DNA of 64,000 nucleotides from Bdellovibrionales bacterium (GTDB lineage: Bacteria; Bdellovibrionota; Bdellovibrionia; Bdellovibrionales; CAYMLA01), in the NCBI GenBank assembly GCA_965217115.1, contig OZ244239.1, forward strand, positions 448,001 through 512,000. Direction: 5' to 3'. The notes under the pieces are model-generated. The model did no database searches. It saw only the letters and a list, made by a program, of their open reading frames with translations, and was not told where the DNA came from. Positions 28,811 through 38,280 of this stretch are shown here, in pieces. A program made the position numbers and the translations under genes. Positions within the stretch are counted from its first letter, which is position 1. Every line of letters begins with the position of its first letter.

Positions 28811-29740
28811 ATGAAGATACTATTATTAATGAGTCTATCCCTATCCTCTCCCCTATTAGCTACCGCAAAAATGATACCACTAGAGTGTTTTCAGATAATA
28901 GGAACTGTTCTTACAAAGTATACTTGTAATTTCGAGGCCATTACGATTCCTGATAGTACAACTAATATTGCTGGGCGAGCATTTGCAAATAAGAACCTAA
29001 CATCTGTTAATATTCCTGATAGTGTGGCTACTATTAGTTTTAAGGCATTTACATCTAATAACCTAACATCTGTTAATATCCCTGATAGTGTGACTCTTAT
29101 TGGTTCTGATGCCTTTGCATATAATGACCTAACATCTGTTGATATCCCTAATAGTGTATCTAGTATCGGTTTTGGAGCATTTGCATATAATAAACTAACA
29201 TCTGTTAATATTTCCAGTAGTGTGAACTATATTGGTGAAAAGGTATTTACAGATAATAATCTAACATCTATTACTATTCCTGACAGTGTGTCTATTATTG
29301 GTTCTGATGCATTTGCAAAGAATAGTCTAAAATCTGTGACCATTCCTAAGAGCGTGACCTATATCGGTAGCGGAGCATTTGCAAATAATAAGCTAAAGTC
29401 TGTTACTATTTCTGATAGCCTGATTTCTATTAGTCCTGTGACATTTAAAAAGAATAGTCTAACATCTGTTACTATTCCTAAGAGCGTGACCTATATCGGT
29501 AGCGGAGCATTTGCAAATAATAAACTAAAGTCTGTTACTATTCCTGATAGTGTGACTGTTATTGATATCAGTGCATTTGAAGACAACAAGCTGAGGTCTC
29601 TTACTATTCCAAGTAGCGTCACTGAAATTCGTGAAGGTGCCTTTACTAGTAATAGAATCACCCGTGTTAAATTGTCAAAATCAACACACATTAGTCATGG
29701 TGCCTTTGACAAAGGCGTAACCTATGAATTCACCGATTAA
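28811..29740 (+). CDS. BspA-type leucine-rich repeat (LRR_5) exported protein
   Basis: Signal peptide; about 11 22-aa repeats L.SV.IP.SV..IG..AF..N. Confidence 0.92.
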   Translation: MKILLLMSLSLSSPLLATAKMIPLECFQIIGTVLTKYTCNFEAITIPDSTTNIAGRAFANKNLTSVNIPDSVATISFKAFTSNNLTSVNIPDSVTLIGSDAFAYNDLTSVDIPNSVSSIGFGAFAYNKLTSVNISSSVNYIGEKVFTDNNLTSITIPDSVSIIGSDAFAKNSLKSVTIPKSVTYIGSGAFANNKLKSVTISDSLISISPVTFKKNSLTSVTIPKSVTYIGSGAFANNKLKSVTIPDSVTVIDISAFEDNKLRSLTIPSSVTEIREGAFTSNRITRVKLSKSTHISHGAFDKGVTYEFTD

Positions 29741-29742
29741 GC

Positions 29743-30270
29743 AAACCCTCCTTATTTAAGGTTTTGCAAGAAAACATTCCAGAAAATGCAGTCATCCCCG
29801 TAGATGTTGGAAACAACACCTATTCTTTTGGAAGATACTTTGAATGTAAGCAACAAAGTATTTTAATGTCTGGCTACTTAGGCTCTATTGGTTTTTCCTT
29901 CCCCGCAGCTATGGGTGCATGGGCTGCTGTAAAGGGCAAAAGAAAAGTTGTCTCTATTAGTGGAGACGGTGGCTTTGGCCAATACATGAATGAACTAAAT
30001 ACGGCCGTAAAATATAAAATGAATATCACTCATATCTTATTGAATAACTTTGAATTAGGAAAAATCTCTAAAGAACAACTAGCAGGTGATTGGAATATCT
30101 GGCAAACCTCCCTACACAACCCTAGTTTTGCAAAGTATGCAGAAAACTGCGGAGCCCTAGGAATACAAGTTACCAAGCTTAGCGAATTAAAAGGAGCTTT
30201 AGATCAAGCACTAGCCCACACCCAAGGCCCCTCTCTAATAGAAATTGTCACCGACGCAAAATTAATATAA
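29743..30270 (+). pseudogene. 5'-truncated thiamine-pyrophosphate enzyme (pyruvate oxidase/acetolactate synthase-like C-terminal domain only)
   Basis: DVGNNT, SGYLGSIGFSFPAAMGA and SGDGGF...LLNN. The reading frame begins right after the LRR stop with no RBS; N-terminal and central domains are missing. Confidence 0.8.
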
Positions 30271-30522
30271 ACCACAATCAAATTCTAAATAAAAACCAAT
30301 ACAGTTCTCTTCACCAGTCTCAAACTCAAGTTTGTTGTTATTTACCCCTCCCCCAATGCCCGAAGAACAAGTTCTTCTCCAAGCCTCGGAGGAATATCTC
30401 CAGCACCGAAAACTTTACAGCCAAAGATTGAATTACTTGCAGTCTGAGGGGAACTTATGTATTGGTACTAAAGCTCTCGGCTAGTCAATGGTGTAGATAA
30501 AAAATAATAAAAATTATAGGAG

Positions 30523-31695
30523 ATGAATCTAATGGGCTTTTACAATGACTACTTAGATAAGAATATGGACGCCAAAAGCATAGCCGTAGAAAGAAAAAAT
30601 CAATTAGAAAAAATTCAAAAAATAAGAGGAAGAGATATCATAGTCTTTGCCTCTGACCTAACAAAGAATAACGCTCCTATTTCAATAGAGTATTCTGATT
30701 TGCTACCCTTAGAGGACCAAATCAGTAATCTTAAGAAAAAGAAAATAGATCTAATTCTAGAAACTCCAGGGGGCTCTGGTGAAGTCTCTGAAGATATTGT
30801 TGATTTACTTAGAAATAGATTTTCAGAAGTTAATATTATCATCCCCGGAAGTGCAAAAAGTGCTGGAACTATAATTGCCATGGCATGTAATGAAATTCTT
30901 ATGGGTCCAGGCTCTTCATTGGGGCCTATTGATGCACAGCTGAGGATAAACGGACAGGTACGCTCAGCGGATACCATTTTAGGGGAGTTTGAAAAAATAA
31001 AGAAGGAAATAGAGGATACAGGGACTTTAAACAAAGCTTATATTCCGATGCTCCAACAGCTATCTCTAGGGCAACTGGAACATGCTCGTAATGCAAAGAA
31101 TTTTGCTATCACATTAGTATCTGAATGGTTAGTGAAATATAAATTTCAAAATTGGACTCAACATTCATCCAATGGAAAAAAAGTCACAATAAAAGAAAAA
31201 GAAAAGAGGGCAGAAGACATTGCTAATAACTTAAGTAAGCATACCCAATGGCTTACGCATGGCCGATCTATAAAAATGCCAGATTTAAGAAAGATGAAAT
31301 TAGAAATTACCGATTATTCAACTGACAAAGTGTTACATGAAGCGATTTCTCGATATTACATCCTTCTTCAAATGACATTTCAATCTACTAATCAATATAA
31401 AATTTTTGAAACTTCAACTTCTCAAATTAATCGCTACATTGGTATAGCCACCCCCCCTCTTCCTTCTCTTGAGCAAAATAACAAGCAATTCCTTATAGTT
31501 GAGGCAAAATGTGGCAATTGTACAACTATTACTAAGCTTCAAGCTAATTTAGACCGATCAATACCTATAAAGCAGGGACACAAAAAATTTCCTAAAGATA
31601 ATTTGTTTATATGCCCTAAGTGTAGAAAAACTTCTAATATACTCGCCTTAAGGCAACAAATTGAAGCACAGGAAAAAAAGAAAATTGTAAGCTAA
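30523..31695 (+). CDS. SDH-family (ClpP/S49-like fold) serine protease with C-terminal Cys4 zinc-ribbon-like domain
   Basis: LETPGGSGE, AKSAGT, LGPIDAQ, THGRSI; C-terminal CGNC...CPKC; AGGAG RBS. Confidence 0.8.
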   Translation: MNLMGFYNDYLDKNMDAKSIAVERKNQLEKIQKIRGRDIIVFASDLTKNNAPISIEYSDLLPLEDQISNLKKKKIDLILETPGGSGEVSEDIVDLLRNRFSEVNIIIPGSAKSAGTIIAMACNEILMGPGSSLGPIDAQLRINGQVRSADTILGEFEKIKKEIEDTGTLNKAYIPMLQQLSLGQLEHARNAKNFAITLVSEWLVKYKFQNWTQHSSNGKKVTIKEKEKRAEDIANNLSKHTQWLTHGRSIKMPDLRKMKLEITDYSTDKVLHEAISRYYILLQMTFQSTNQYKIFETSTSQINRYIGIATPPLPSLEQNNKQFLIVEAKCGNCTTITKLQANLDRSIPIKQGHKKFPKDNLFICPKCRKTSNILALRQQIEAQEKKKIVS

Positions 31696-31702
31696 CTATG
31701 TT

Positions 31703-31909
31703 ATGGTACAAGAGGTTATGGTGAATGATATTAAATTTAAAATTATAAATAATGATAGCGTTATAGACTCTCTCACAGAGAATCTCACGCAAGACACTAG
31801 TATTTCTGAAATATGCTCAGAATCTCAAGAAGTGGCAGACACACTAAAAGACTTGAACCAAAATATATTAAGCCATGATAGTGATGTTATTATTTATACA
31901 AATTCTTAG
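31703..31909 (+). CDS. Small acidic hypothetical protein
   Basis: 68-aa ORF 7 bp after the protease; alternative ATG at 31718 after GAGG. Confidence 0.5.
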   Translation: MVQEVMVNDIKFKIINNDSVIDSLTENLTQDTSISEICSESQEVADTLKDLNQNILSHDSDVIIYTNS

Positions 31910-32176
31910 CACTCCTACTAATTATTTAGAATCTGCTTTTTCTGCCCGTGGCATTTTAGTCAGCTAGGGTGTAAATTAAATGTTTTTTAATCTATAAAAA
32001 AACTCCACAACTAAGCCATTTTTGACTTTTTAAAAGAAATACTTAGATATGCATCATGACTTAGCCCCCAAAACACCCTTCATTATTTAAGCAAGCCCGC
32101 TCGCTACGATGCTCAAAGAGCGAGCCCTATCTATCTATCTTTCTTTCCCTACCTCCGCCCCGCTCCGCTCCGCCCC

Positions 32177-32337
32177 CGCTGTTCCCAGTCAAACGCAGAT
32201 TTCAAAGCCTGTTTTTTAAATGGATCTTTGTTATTTAAGCGAGTTCGGATTGGTGCGATGCTCGCTTCAGCGAGCGCCGCTGCCAAACGAATGTCTGAGC
32301 TTAAATAATAAAGATCCATTTAAAAAACCTCCCTTTG
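32177..32337 (+). repeat. 161-bp palindromic element, copy 3
   Basis: Near-identical core. Right flank to 32446 is shared with copy 1; left flank is shared with copy 4. Confidence 0.95.
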
Positions 32338-32497
32338 AAAATTTTTCCCATCTTTTTCACCTTATTTCACACTGCCCTATTTTTTTTAGACCCAGCAAAC
32401 ACCCTATGCTACAGTGCATCATTATAAGTCCTTTAACTTTAACCATGCCATTGATTTTATTCTCAAAATTGGTGTCATCAATAAGCAGGAGAAAACC

Positions 32498-33154
32498 ATG
32501 AAAGCTTTATTATTAATTGTTACACTCTTATCTTCATTTCCATTACTTGCTGAACTGAAGGTAGTTGGAGAGTACAAGGGTATTCCAATTGTACGATCGA
32601 CTCCAAATCAGCGGAGAATCAATTCAAGACTGAGAGCTTGTACAAAAAAGTATTTCCAATTAGCTATCATAGCGGTAAGTCCCGAGAAATCGGTTACAGA
32701 AACAACGTGGGTTTTAGATAATTGTCCTAAGATAGATATCAATCAAGAAATGTTTTCTCCTTATCGAGCTACTCCCAAGAGTGTCTATCATTGGAAGCCG
32801 ACCCATAGTGCAGTCTTTCAGGGAAAAGTGGGATTGCTGGAACTGCTCATTGATAGAGGTGCAGACTTAGACGCAATAGCAAAGATCAAATGGAATCGTC
32901 ATAATGCTAGTTATTACTCACCCTTAACCTATGCTCTTCTCCGGAAGGAAGCCGAGGTCGCATTGGCCTTAATTAAAGGCGGAGCTGATGTGAATATGAG
33001 GGTTTCACAACAACTTTTCGATAGAGCTCACTTACCATTAGAGAGAGCCAGGGTTTTTGGAAATAAAAGAGTCATAAAAGCCCTACTCGCTGCAGGTGCG
33101 GGTAAAGATGACGATAAATATAACTATCATGAAGATGACCAAAATCGCCCTTAA
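32498..33154 (+). CDS. Exported ankyrin-repeat protein
   Basis: AGGAG RBS, signal peptide; PTHSAVFQGKVGLLELLIDRGAD, SPLTYA...ALIKGGADVN, ALLAAGA. Confidence 0.85.
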   Translation: MKALLLIVTLLSSFPLLAELKVVGEYKGIPIVRSTPNQRRINSRLRACTKKYFQLAIIAVSPEKSVTETTWVLDNCPKIDINQEMFSPYRATPKSVYHWKPTHSAVFQGKVGLLELLIDRGADLDAIAKIKWNRHNASYYSPLTYALLRKEAEVALALIKGGADVNMRVSQQLFDRAHLPLERARVFGNKRVIKALLAAGAGKDDDKYNYHEDDQNRP

Positions 33155-33208
33155 AACTAAAATAACAAAAATAACCTATTACTTGAATAATATAAACAGG
33201 AGATTAAA

Positions 33209-34612
33209 ATGAAAAAAATTATTACACCTATTTTCTTTACAATTATGAGTTTGATGCTTTTGACTCAAGAATCTAACGCCAAATCGAACTGTCGTGATGG
33301 TGCTTCCGAGATCTTTCTTTTTGACGCTGACAGAGGGAATTACAACTGCATAAAGGATGTCACGACCGTGGATTTAGATGGCGATCAGCGACCAGACATT
33401 GTCTATTTACTGGAAACAGGAATCAAGGAATACTATCATGATCGTGTGTACAAGATCGTTTGGAGAAAAAACATGGGTGATGGAAAATTTTCTTCCACAC
33501 AGGTTATTCGCTCTATAACACGAAATACCTTCTTTGAAACTAGAGATGATTTCCTTCCTGAACAGAAGAACCGCTCTGGATTCTCTTTTCCTTTTGAAAA
33601 AGCTAACTTGGTCTTAAAAGATTTGGACAAGGATGGATTAGTAGATATCATTTTTTCTTTAGGAAGAGGTATCTATAAGAATAGTAACTCCTGGGAGGCT
33701 TATAATGAGGTCGTTTGGTATAAGAATAATGGAAGAATGTCTTTTTCTGAAAAAAAATCACCGTTTGCCATCAAGTCTGGCGTTATAGCATCTCTCACTA
33801 TAGAGGACTATAATGGAGATGATATTTTAGATATTGGTTATACTGCTATTGGGGATGATATAATTATTCCTAGAGGGCTGAACGGAGTTTTTTTAGGAAA
33901 AGGGAAAGGCCTCTTTCACCCAGACGCTGGTTCTATCCGCACTGGTTCCCATGAAAATGATTTTAAATCATATACAGCTGTGGGTAAATTCTCAACTGAT
34001 CCTTATCAAAGTGTCGTTTATCTTTATAATAGGTCAGGCAATAACAATCGTTACAAGCCTCTTTTAATTGCTGGAAACATTGGTTTCGACAAGGATGGTC
34101 GTATACATCTTCCCACTGAATCATATCAACTTTCTTACTTTAAGAGTGGTCAGAGTGGCGGAGTAACCAAGCCGACTGTCAGAGATTTCAATGTTGATGG
34201 GTTGTCCGATCTTTTGGTTAACATAGATGGTGTGGGTGCTTATATCTATACTTTTGTGAGTAATGATTTCTTACCCTATGAAGACAAGATCACAGACCGC
34301 TACACAACATCTGTTAGAGCGATAGATGTCGATGGAGATGGCTTGTTAGATATTGTTTATTCGTCTTATGAAATCTCCCTCTTTTTCTTTGACGTGCACC
34401 GTTTAGCATGGAGAAAGAATCTAGGTTCTAGAAAATTTTCTTCTGAAAGACTTATTAAAAAGCCTTCTTCTTACACTGAATTAGCCGCAGTAGGAGATTT
34501 TAATGGCAATGGAATGATCGATTTAGTAACTCTCTCCGTAAAAGGAAAGGACAAAAAATCAAGTCTGACCATCCATAACGATCTTATTCCAAAATCAAAC
34601 AGCAAGAACTAA
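33209..34612 (+). CDS. Exported FG-GAP/VCBS repeat protein
   Basis: Repeated DxDGDGxxD motifs (DLDGDQRPD, DLDKDGLVD, DYNGDDILD, DVDGDGLLD, DFNGNGMID); signal peptide. Confidence 0.88.
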   Translation: MKKIITPIFFTIMSLMLLTQESNAKSNCRDGASEIFLFDADRGNYNCIKDVTTVDLDGDQRPDIVYLLETGIKEYYHDRVYKIVWRKNMGDGKFSSTQVIRSITRNTFFETRDDFLPEQKNRSGFSFPFEKANLVLKDLDKDGLVDIIFSLGRGIYKNSNSWEAYNEVVWYKNNGRMSFSEKKSPFAIKSGVIASLTIEDYNGDDILDIGYTAIGDDIIIPRGLNGVFLGKGKGLFHPDAGSIRTGSHENDFKSYTAVGKFSTDPYQSVVYLYNRSGNNNRYKPLLIAGNIGFDKDGRIHLPTESYQLSYFKSGQSGGVTKPTVRDFNVDGLSDLLVNIDGVGAYIYTFVSNDFLPYEDKITDRYTTSVRAIDVDGDGLLDIVYSSYEISLFFFDVHRLAWRKNLGSRKFSSERLIKKPSSYTELAAVGDFNGNGMIDLVTLSVKGKDKKSSLTIHNDLIPKSNSKN

Positions 34613-34667
34613 ACTATCTCCAGAAGAAACTAAAGACGAGGATGACGTCGACCAACTAAGAAAACAC

Positions 34668-34691
34668 AAAGGCCACTCCAAAGTGGCCTTT
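34668..34691. terminator. Probable intrinsic terminator
   Basis: AAAGGCCACT-CCAA-AGTGGCCTTT after the FG-GAP gene. Confidence 0.65.
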
Positions 34692-34812
34692 GTTACTTTT
34701 AAGCAAGCCCGCTTGCTACGATGCTCAAAGAGCGAGCCCTTTTCTTTTTTCTTTTTTCTTTTTTTTTCTTTCCTTTTCTTTTTCTTTTCCTTCCCTACCT
34801 CCGCTCCGCCCC

Positions 34813-34973
34813 CGCTGTTCCCAGTCAAACGCAGATTTCAAAGTCTGTTTTTTAAATGGATCTTTGTTATTTAAGCGAGTTCGGATTGGTGCGATGCTCG
34901 CTTCAGCGAGCGCCGCTGCCAAACGAATGTCTGAGCTTAAATAATAAAGATCCATTTAAAAAACCTCCCTTTG
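34813..34973 (+). repeat. 161-bp palindromic element, copy 4
   Basis: Near-identical core. Right flank CCCAAATC is shared with copy 2; ends 10 bp from the icmF stop. Confidence 0.95.
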
Positions 34974-34983
34974 CCCAAATCAA

Positions 34984-37900
34984 CTAAAGGTTGCGTCGAT
35001 ACTCCCCCCCCACCCCATACAAAGCCCCAGAAATCTGCCCCAAACTACAGTGCCTCGTAGCCGACATCAAAGCCTCAAAAATATTCTCCCCTCTTAAAGC
35101 CACAGATTTTAGATTTTCAAGCTCTCTCTCCCCATCGACTTTATGGGACTCCTTAAAATTTAAGCAGTTCTTTAATTGGGAGTTTTTTTCTGCAGCAGAG
35201 GCCCTTGCCATCTTGATTTTCTCAGGGACATATCCTGCCTTTAAGGTTTCAGGGTCAATAAAAGTATTCACGCCCACCACTGGGTACTCACCGCTGTGTT
35301 TTAAATGCTCATAGTGCATCGATTCTTCTTGGATCTTCGACCTTTGATACTGCGTCTCCATCGCCCCCAAAACACCACCGCGCTCATTGATCTTCTGGAA
35401 CATTTCCAAAACCGACTCTTCAACGAGATCTGTTAACTCTTCAAAGAAAAAGCTTCCTTGATTGGAGTTTTCATTCACTGCCGCGCCAAACTCTTTATTG
35501 ATAATTATTTGTATAGCCATCGCACGTCTGACCGATTCTTCTGTCGGTGTGGTGATAGCCTCATCATAGGCATTCGTGTGCAAAGAGTTGCAATTATCAT
35601 AGGTCGCAAGCAACGCTTGCAGTGTCGTGCGAATGTCATTGAATTGAATTTCCTGGGCATGGAGAGAACGTCCACTCGTTTGAATATGATATTTTAACTT
35701 TTGCGAACGCTCATTGGCACCATAAACATCTCTCATCGCTACAGCCCAAATACGCCGCGCCACACGACCTATCACCGAATACTCAGCATCCATACCATTA
35801 CTAAAAAAGAACGACAGGTTGGGAGCAAACTCATCAATGTCTAACCCTCTAGCCAAATAATACTCCACATAGGTAAAGGCATTGGCCAAAGTAAACGCCA
35901 CCTGACTAATAGGGTTCGCGCCCGCCTCAGCAATGTGATAACCAGAGATACTCACTGAATAAAAATTTTCTACTTTATTTTTGACAAAATATTGGGCAAT
36001 ATCTCCCATCATTTTCAATGCAAAATTGATCGAAAAAATACAGGTATTCTGTCCCTGGTCTTCTTTAAAAATATCAGCTTGAACGGTTCCACGGACACTG
36101 GTTAAAGCTTCCTGTCGCGTCTCTTCCATCTCTTGTTTTGTAAGGTCACGCTTCCATTCTTTTTCTTTTTCCTCCACCAGTTGATCAATAGCGGCGTTAA
36201 AGAAAAAAGCCAATATTATTGGCGCTGGTCCATTGATCGTCATACTCACACTGGTCTTGGGATCACATAAATCAAAACCAGCGTAGAGTTTTTTCATATC
36301 CTCAAGAGTGCAAATACTCACGCCACTCTCACCCACCTTGCCATAAATATCAGGGCGTGCATCAGGGTCTTGACCATACAAAGTCACACTATCAAAAGCC
36401 GTCGACAATCTCTTTGCTGTCTCCGTGTCCGCTAAGTAATGAAACCTTTTGTTTGTTCTCTCGGGAGTTCCCTCACCTGCAAACATTCTCTTTGGGTCCT
36501 CTCCCTCTCTTTTCAAAGGAAATACACCCGAAGTGAATGGAAAAGCCCCAGGAAAATTCTCCAAGCGCAAAAATCGCAGTCGATCCCCCCAGTCCGTGTA
36601 TCGAGGGACAGACACTCTCCTGATCTTTGAACCACTCAAGGATTCACGGTAAAGATTTTGACGAACCTCCTTCCCTCGAACCTTAAACACATATTCATCA
36701 CTCTTATAAGTATTTATTAAACTCTGCCAAGAATTTAATAATTCAAGATGACTTCCCAAATCTTTTCTCAAAGACTCTTTATTATGATGAGAACCCTTAA
36801 TCGAGGCTCCCACTGACTCTATTTTTTCTATTGCTCCTAAGAGAGATGCTTTCTCAGATAACTCTTCCGTGGTTTTTCTATAGTTCCTGATATTTTTAAC
36901 AACCTCAGCTAAATAATTCTGACGGTCTGGGGGAATAATAATATGTTCATTGGAACTCACCAAACTATCTTTATACTCATCTTTCAATTGCCACTGACGT
37001 TCTTGATCCCCCTTTGCCAGCGAATCTATCAACCCAAGAAATAGGCGATTTACTCCTCCATTATTAAATTGAGCCGCCTCTGTTAAATAAATAGGAAGAG
37101 TCTTGGGGTCTTGACTAAATAATTTCCGCGAACGCTGGTACTGTTTAGCCACATCTCGAACAGCATCTTCCGCCCCTCGACGATCAGCCTTGTTAACAGC
37201 GATAAGATCTGCGTAGTCAATCATGTCAATTTTTTCTAACTGACTTTGGGCCCCAAACTCAGAGGTCATCACATACAAACTCAAATCTGCAAATTCTGTG
37301 ATCGCAGTGCTCGCCTGACCAATTCCCGATGTCTCTGCAATCACCAAATCAAAGTCACACTTTTTTAAAAAACGAAGAATCTCAGGCAGTGAGTTGGCCA
37401 CCTCATTGCCAGACCCCCTCGATGCCACCGAACGCATATACACACGATCACGACTCAAAGAGTTCATACGAATACGATCACCCAGCAATGCTCCACCTGT
37501 TTTACGTTTAGACGGGTCCACACACACCACGGCTATTTTCTTATCACTGTAGGCATTTAAAAAACGATGGAGAAGCTCATCAATCAAACTTGATTTTCCA
37601 GCCCCACCAGTTCCTGTCATACCTAAAACCAGAGGCTCATTTTTAGGTTTGTAGAAACTCCCTAATTGTTGCAAATACGGCTTTAAACCTTCACCGCCGT
37701 CTGCATGATTTCTATTTTCAATCGCCAACAAGGCTCTACCCAAAATAACACTTGGCACAGGATCAGATTCTCCAAAGCTTTGACCCTCCTCTATCTCCTT
37801 AACTTTTTCCAACACATCAAAATCACACTCACGCATGATCATCTCAATCATTCCCTCTAAACCCAAGCGACGCCCATCATCTGGGTGAAATATCTGTGCA

Positions 37901-38256
37901 ATGCCGTACTCTTCCAAAGCCTTCTTCTCTTCATGGATGATAACGCCACCGCCACCACCAAAAATACGCACATATCCGGCACCACACTGATCAAGTAAGT
38001 CCTTCATGTACTTAAAATATTCCATGTGTCCGCCCTGATAAGAACTCACACATATTCCCTGGGCCCCTTCTTGGATAGCCGTTTTCACCACTTCATAAAC
38101 AGACCGATTATGGGCTAAATGAATAACCTCAGCCCCCATCTCCTGAAGAATTCTACGCATAATATTAATACTCGCATCATGGCCATCAAACAACGAGGCT
38201 GCCGTTACGATGCGAATATTCTTTTCTGCTTGATATGCCAAAATAAAATCTCCCAC
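34984..38256 (-). CDS. icmF: Fused isobutyryl-CoA mutase / MeaI GTPase (AdoCbl-dependent)
   Basis: FDGHDASINIMRR B12-binding motif, GTGGAGKSS GTPase, RMFAGEG and SLHTNAYDEA mutase motifs; 1090 aa. Confidence 0.95.
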   Translation of the reverse strand: MGDFILAYQAEKNIRIVTAASLFDGHDASINIMRRILQEMGAEVIHLAHNRSVYEVVKTAIQEGAQGICVSSYQGGHMEYFKYMKDLLDQCGAGYVRIFGGGGGVIIHEEKKALEEYGIAQIFHPDDGRRLGLEGMIEMIMRECDFDVLEKVKEIEEGQSFGESDPVPSVILGRALLAIENRNHADGGEGLKPYLQQLGSFYKPKNEPLVLGMTGTGGAGKSSLIDELLHRFLNAYSDKKIAVVCVDPSKRKTGGALLGDRIRMNSLSRDRVYMRSVASRGSGNEVANSLPEILRFLKKCDFDLVIAETSGIGQASTAITEFADLSLYVMTSEFGAQSQLEKIDMIDYADLIAVNKADRRGAEDAVRDVAKQYQRSRKLFSQDPKTLPIYLTEAAQFNNGGVNRLFLGLIDSLAKGDQERQWQLKDEYKDSLVSSNEHIIIPPDRQNYLAEVVKNIRNYRKTTEELSEKASLLGAIEKIESVGASIKGSHHNKESLRKDLGSHLELLNSWQSLINTYKSDEYVFKVRGKEVRQNLYRESLSGSKIRRVSVPRYTDWGDRLRFLRLENFPGAFPFTSGVFPLKREGEDPKRMFAGEGTPERTNKRFHYLADTETAKRLSTAFDSVTLYGQDPDARPDIYGKVGESGVSICTLEDMKKLYAGFDLCDPKTSVSMTINGPAPIILAFFFNAAIDQLVEEKEKEWKRDLTKQEMEETRQEALTSVRGTVQADIFKEDQGQNTCIFSINFALKMMGDIAQYFVKNKVENFYSVSISGYHIAEAGANPISQVAFTLANAFTYVEYYLARGLDIDEFAPNLSFFFSNGMDAEYSVIGRVARRIWAVAMRDVYGANERSQKLKYHIQTSGRSLHAQEIQFNDIRTTLQALLATYDNCNSLHTNAYDEAITTPTEESVRRAMAIQIIINKEFGAAVNENSNQGSFFFEELTDLVEESVLEMFQKINERGGVLGAMETQYQRSKIQEESMHYEHLKHSGEYPVVGVNTFIDPETLKAGYVPEKIKMARASAAEKNSQLKNCLNFKESHKVDGERELENLKSVALRGENIFEALMSATRHCSLGQISGALYGVGGEYRRNL

Positions 38257-38280
38257 TGTAGGTGTTTAAAATGATTTAAG

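Noticed and set aside
26559..34955. Short ORFs overlapping the palindromic elements (e.g. 26559-27011, 26747-27022, 28189-28699, 32220-32501, 34595-34955)
   Set aside because: They are translations of non-coding repeats and low-complexity tracts, open in several frames and on both strands.
26880..34973. Classical integron attC sites
   Set aside because: The ends read GTT...AAC rather than RYYYAAC...GTTRRRY on either strand, cargo blocks carry their own terminators, and no intI is present.
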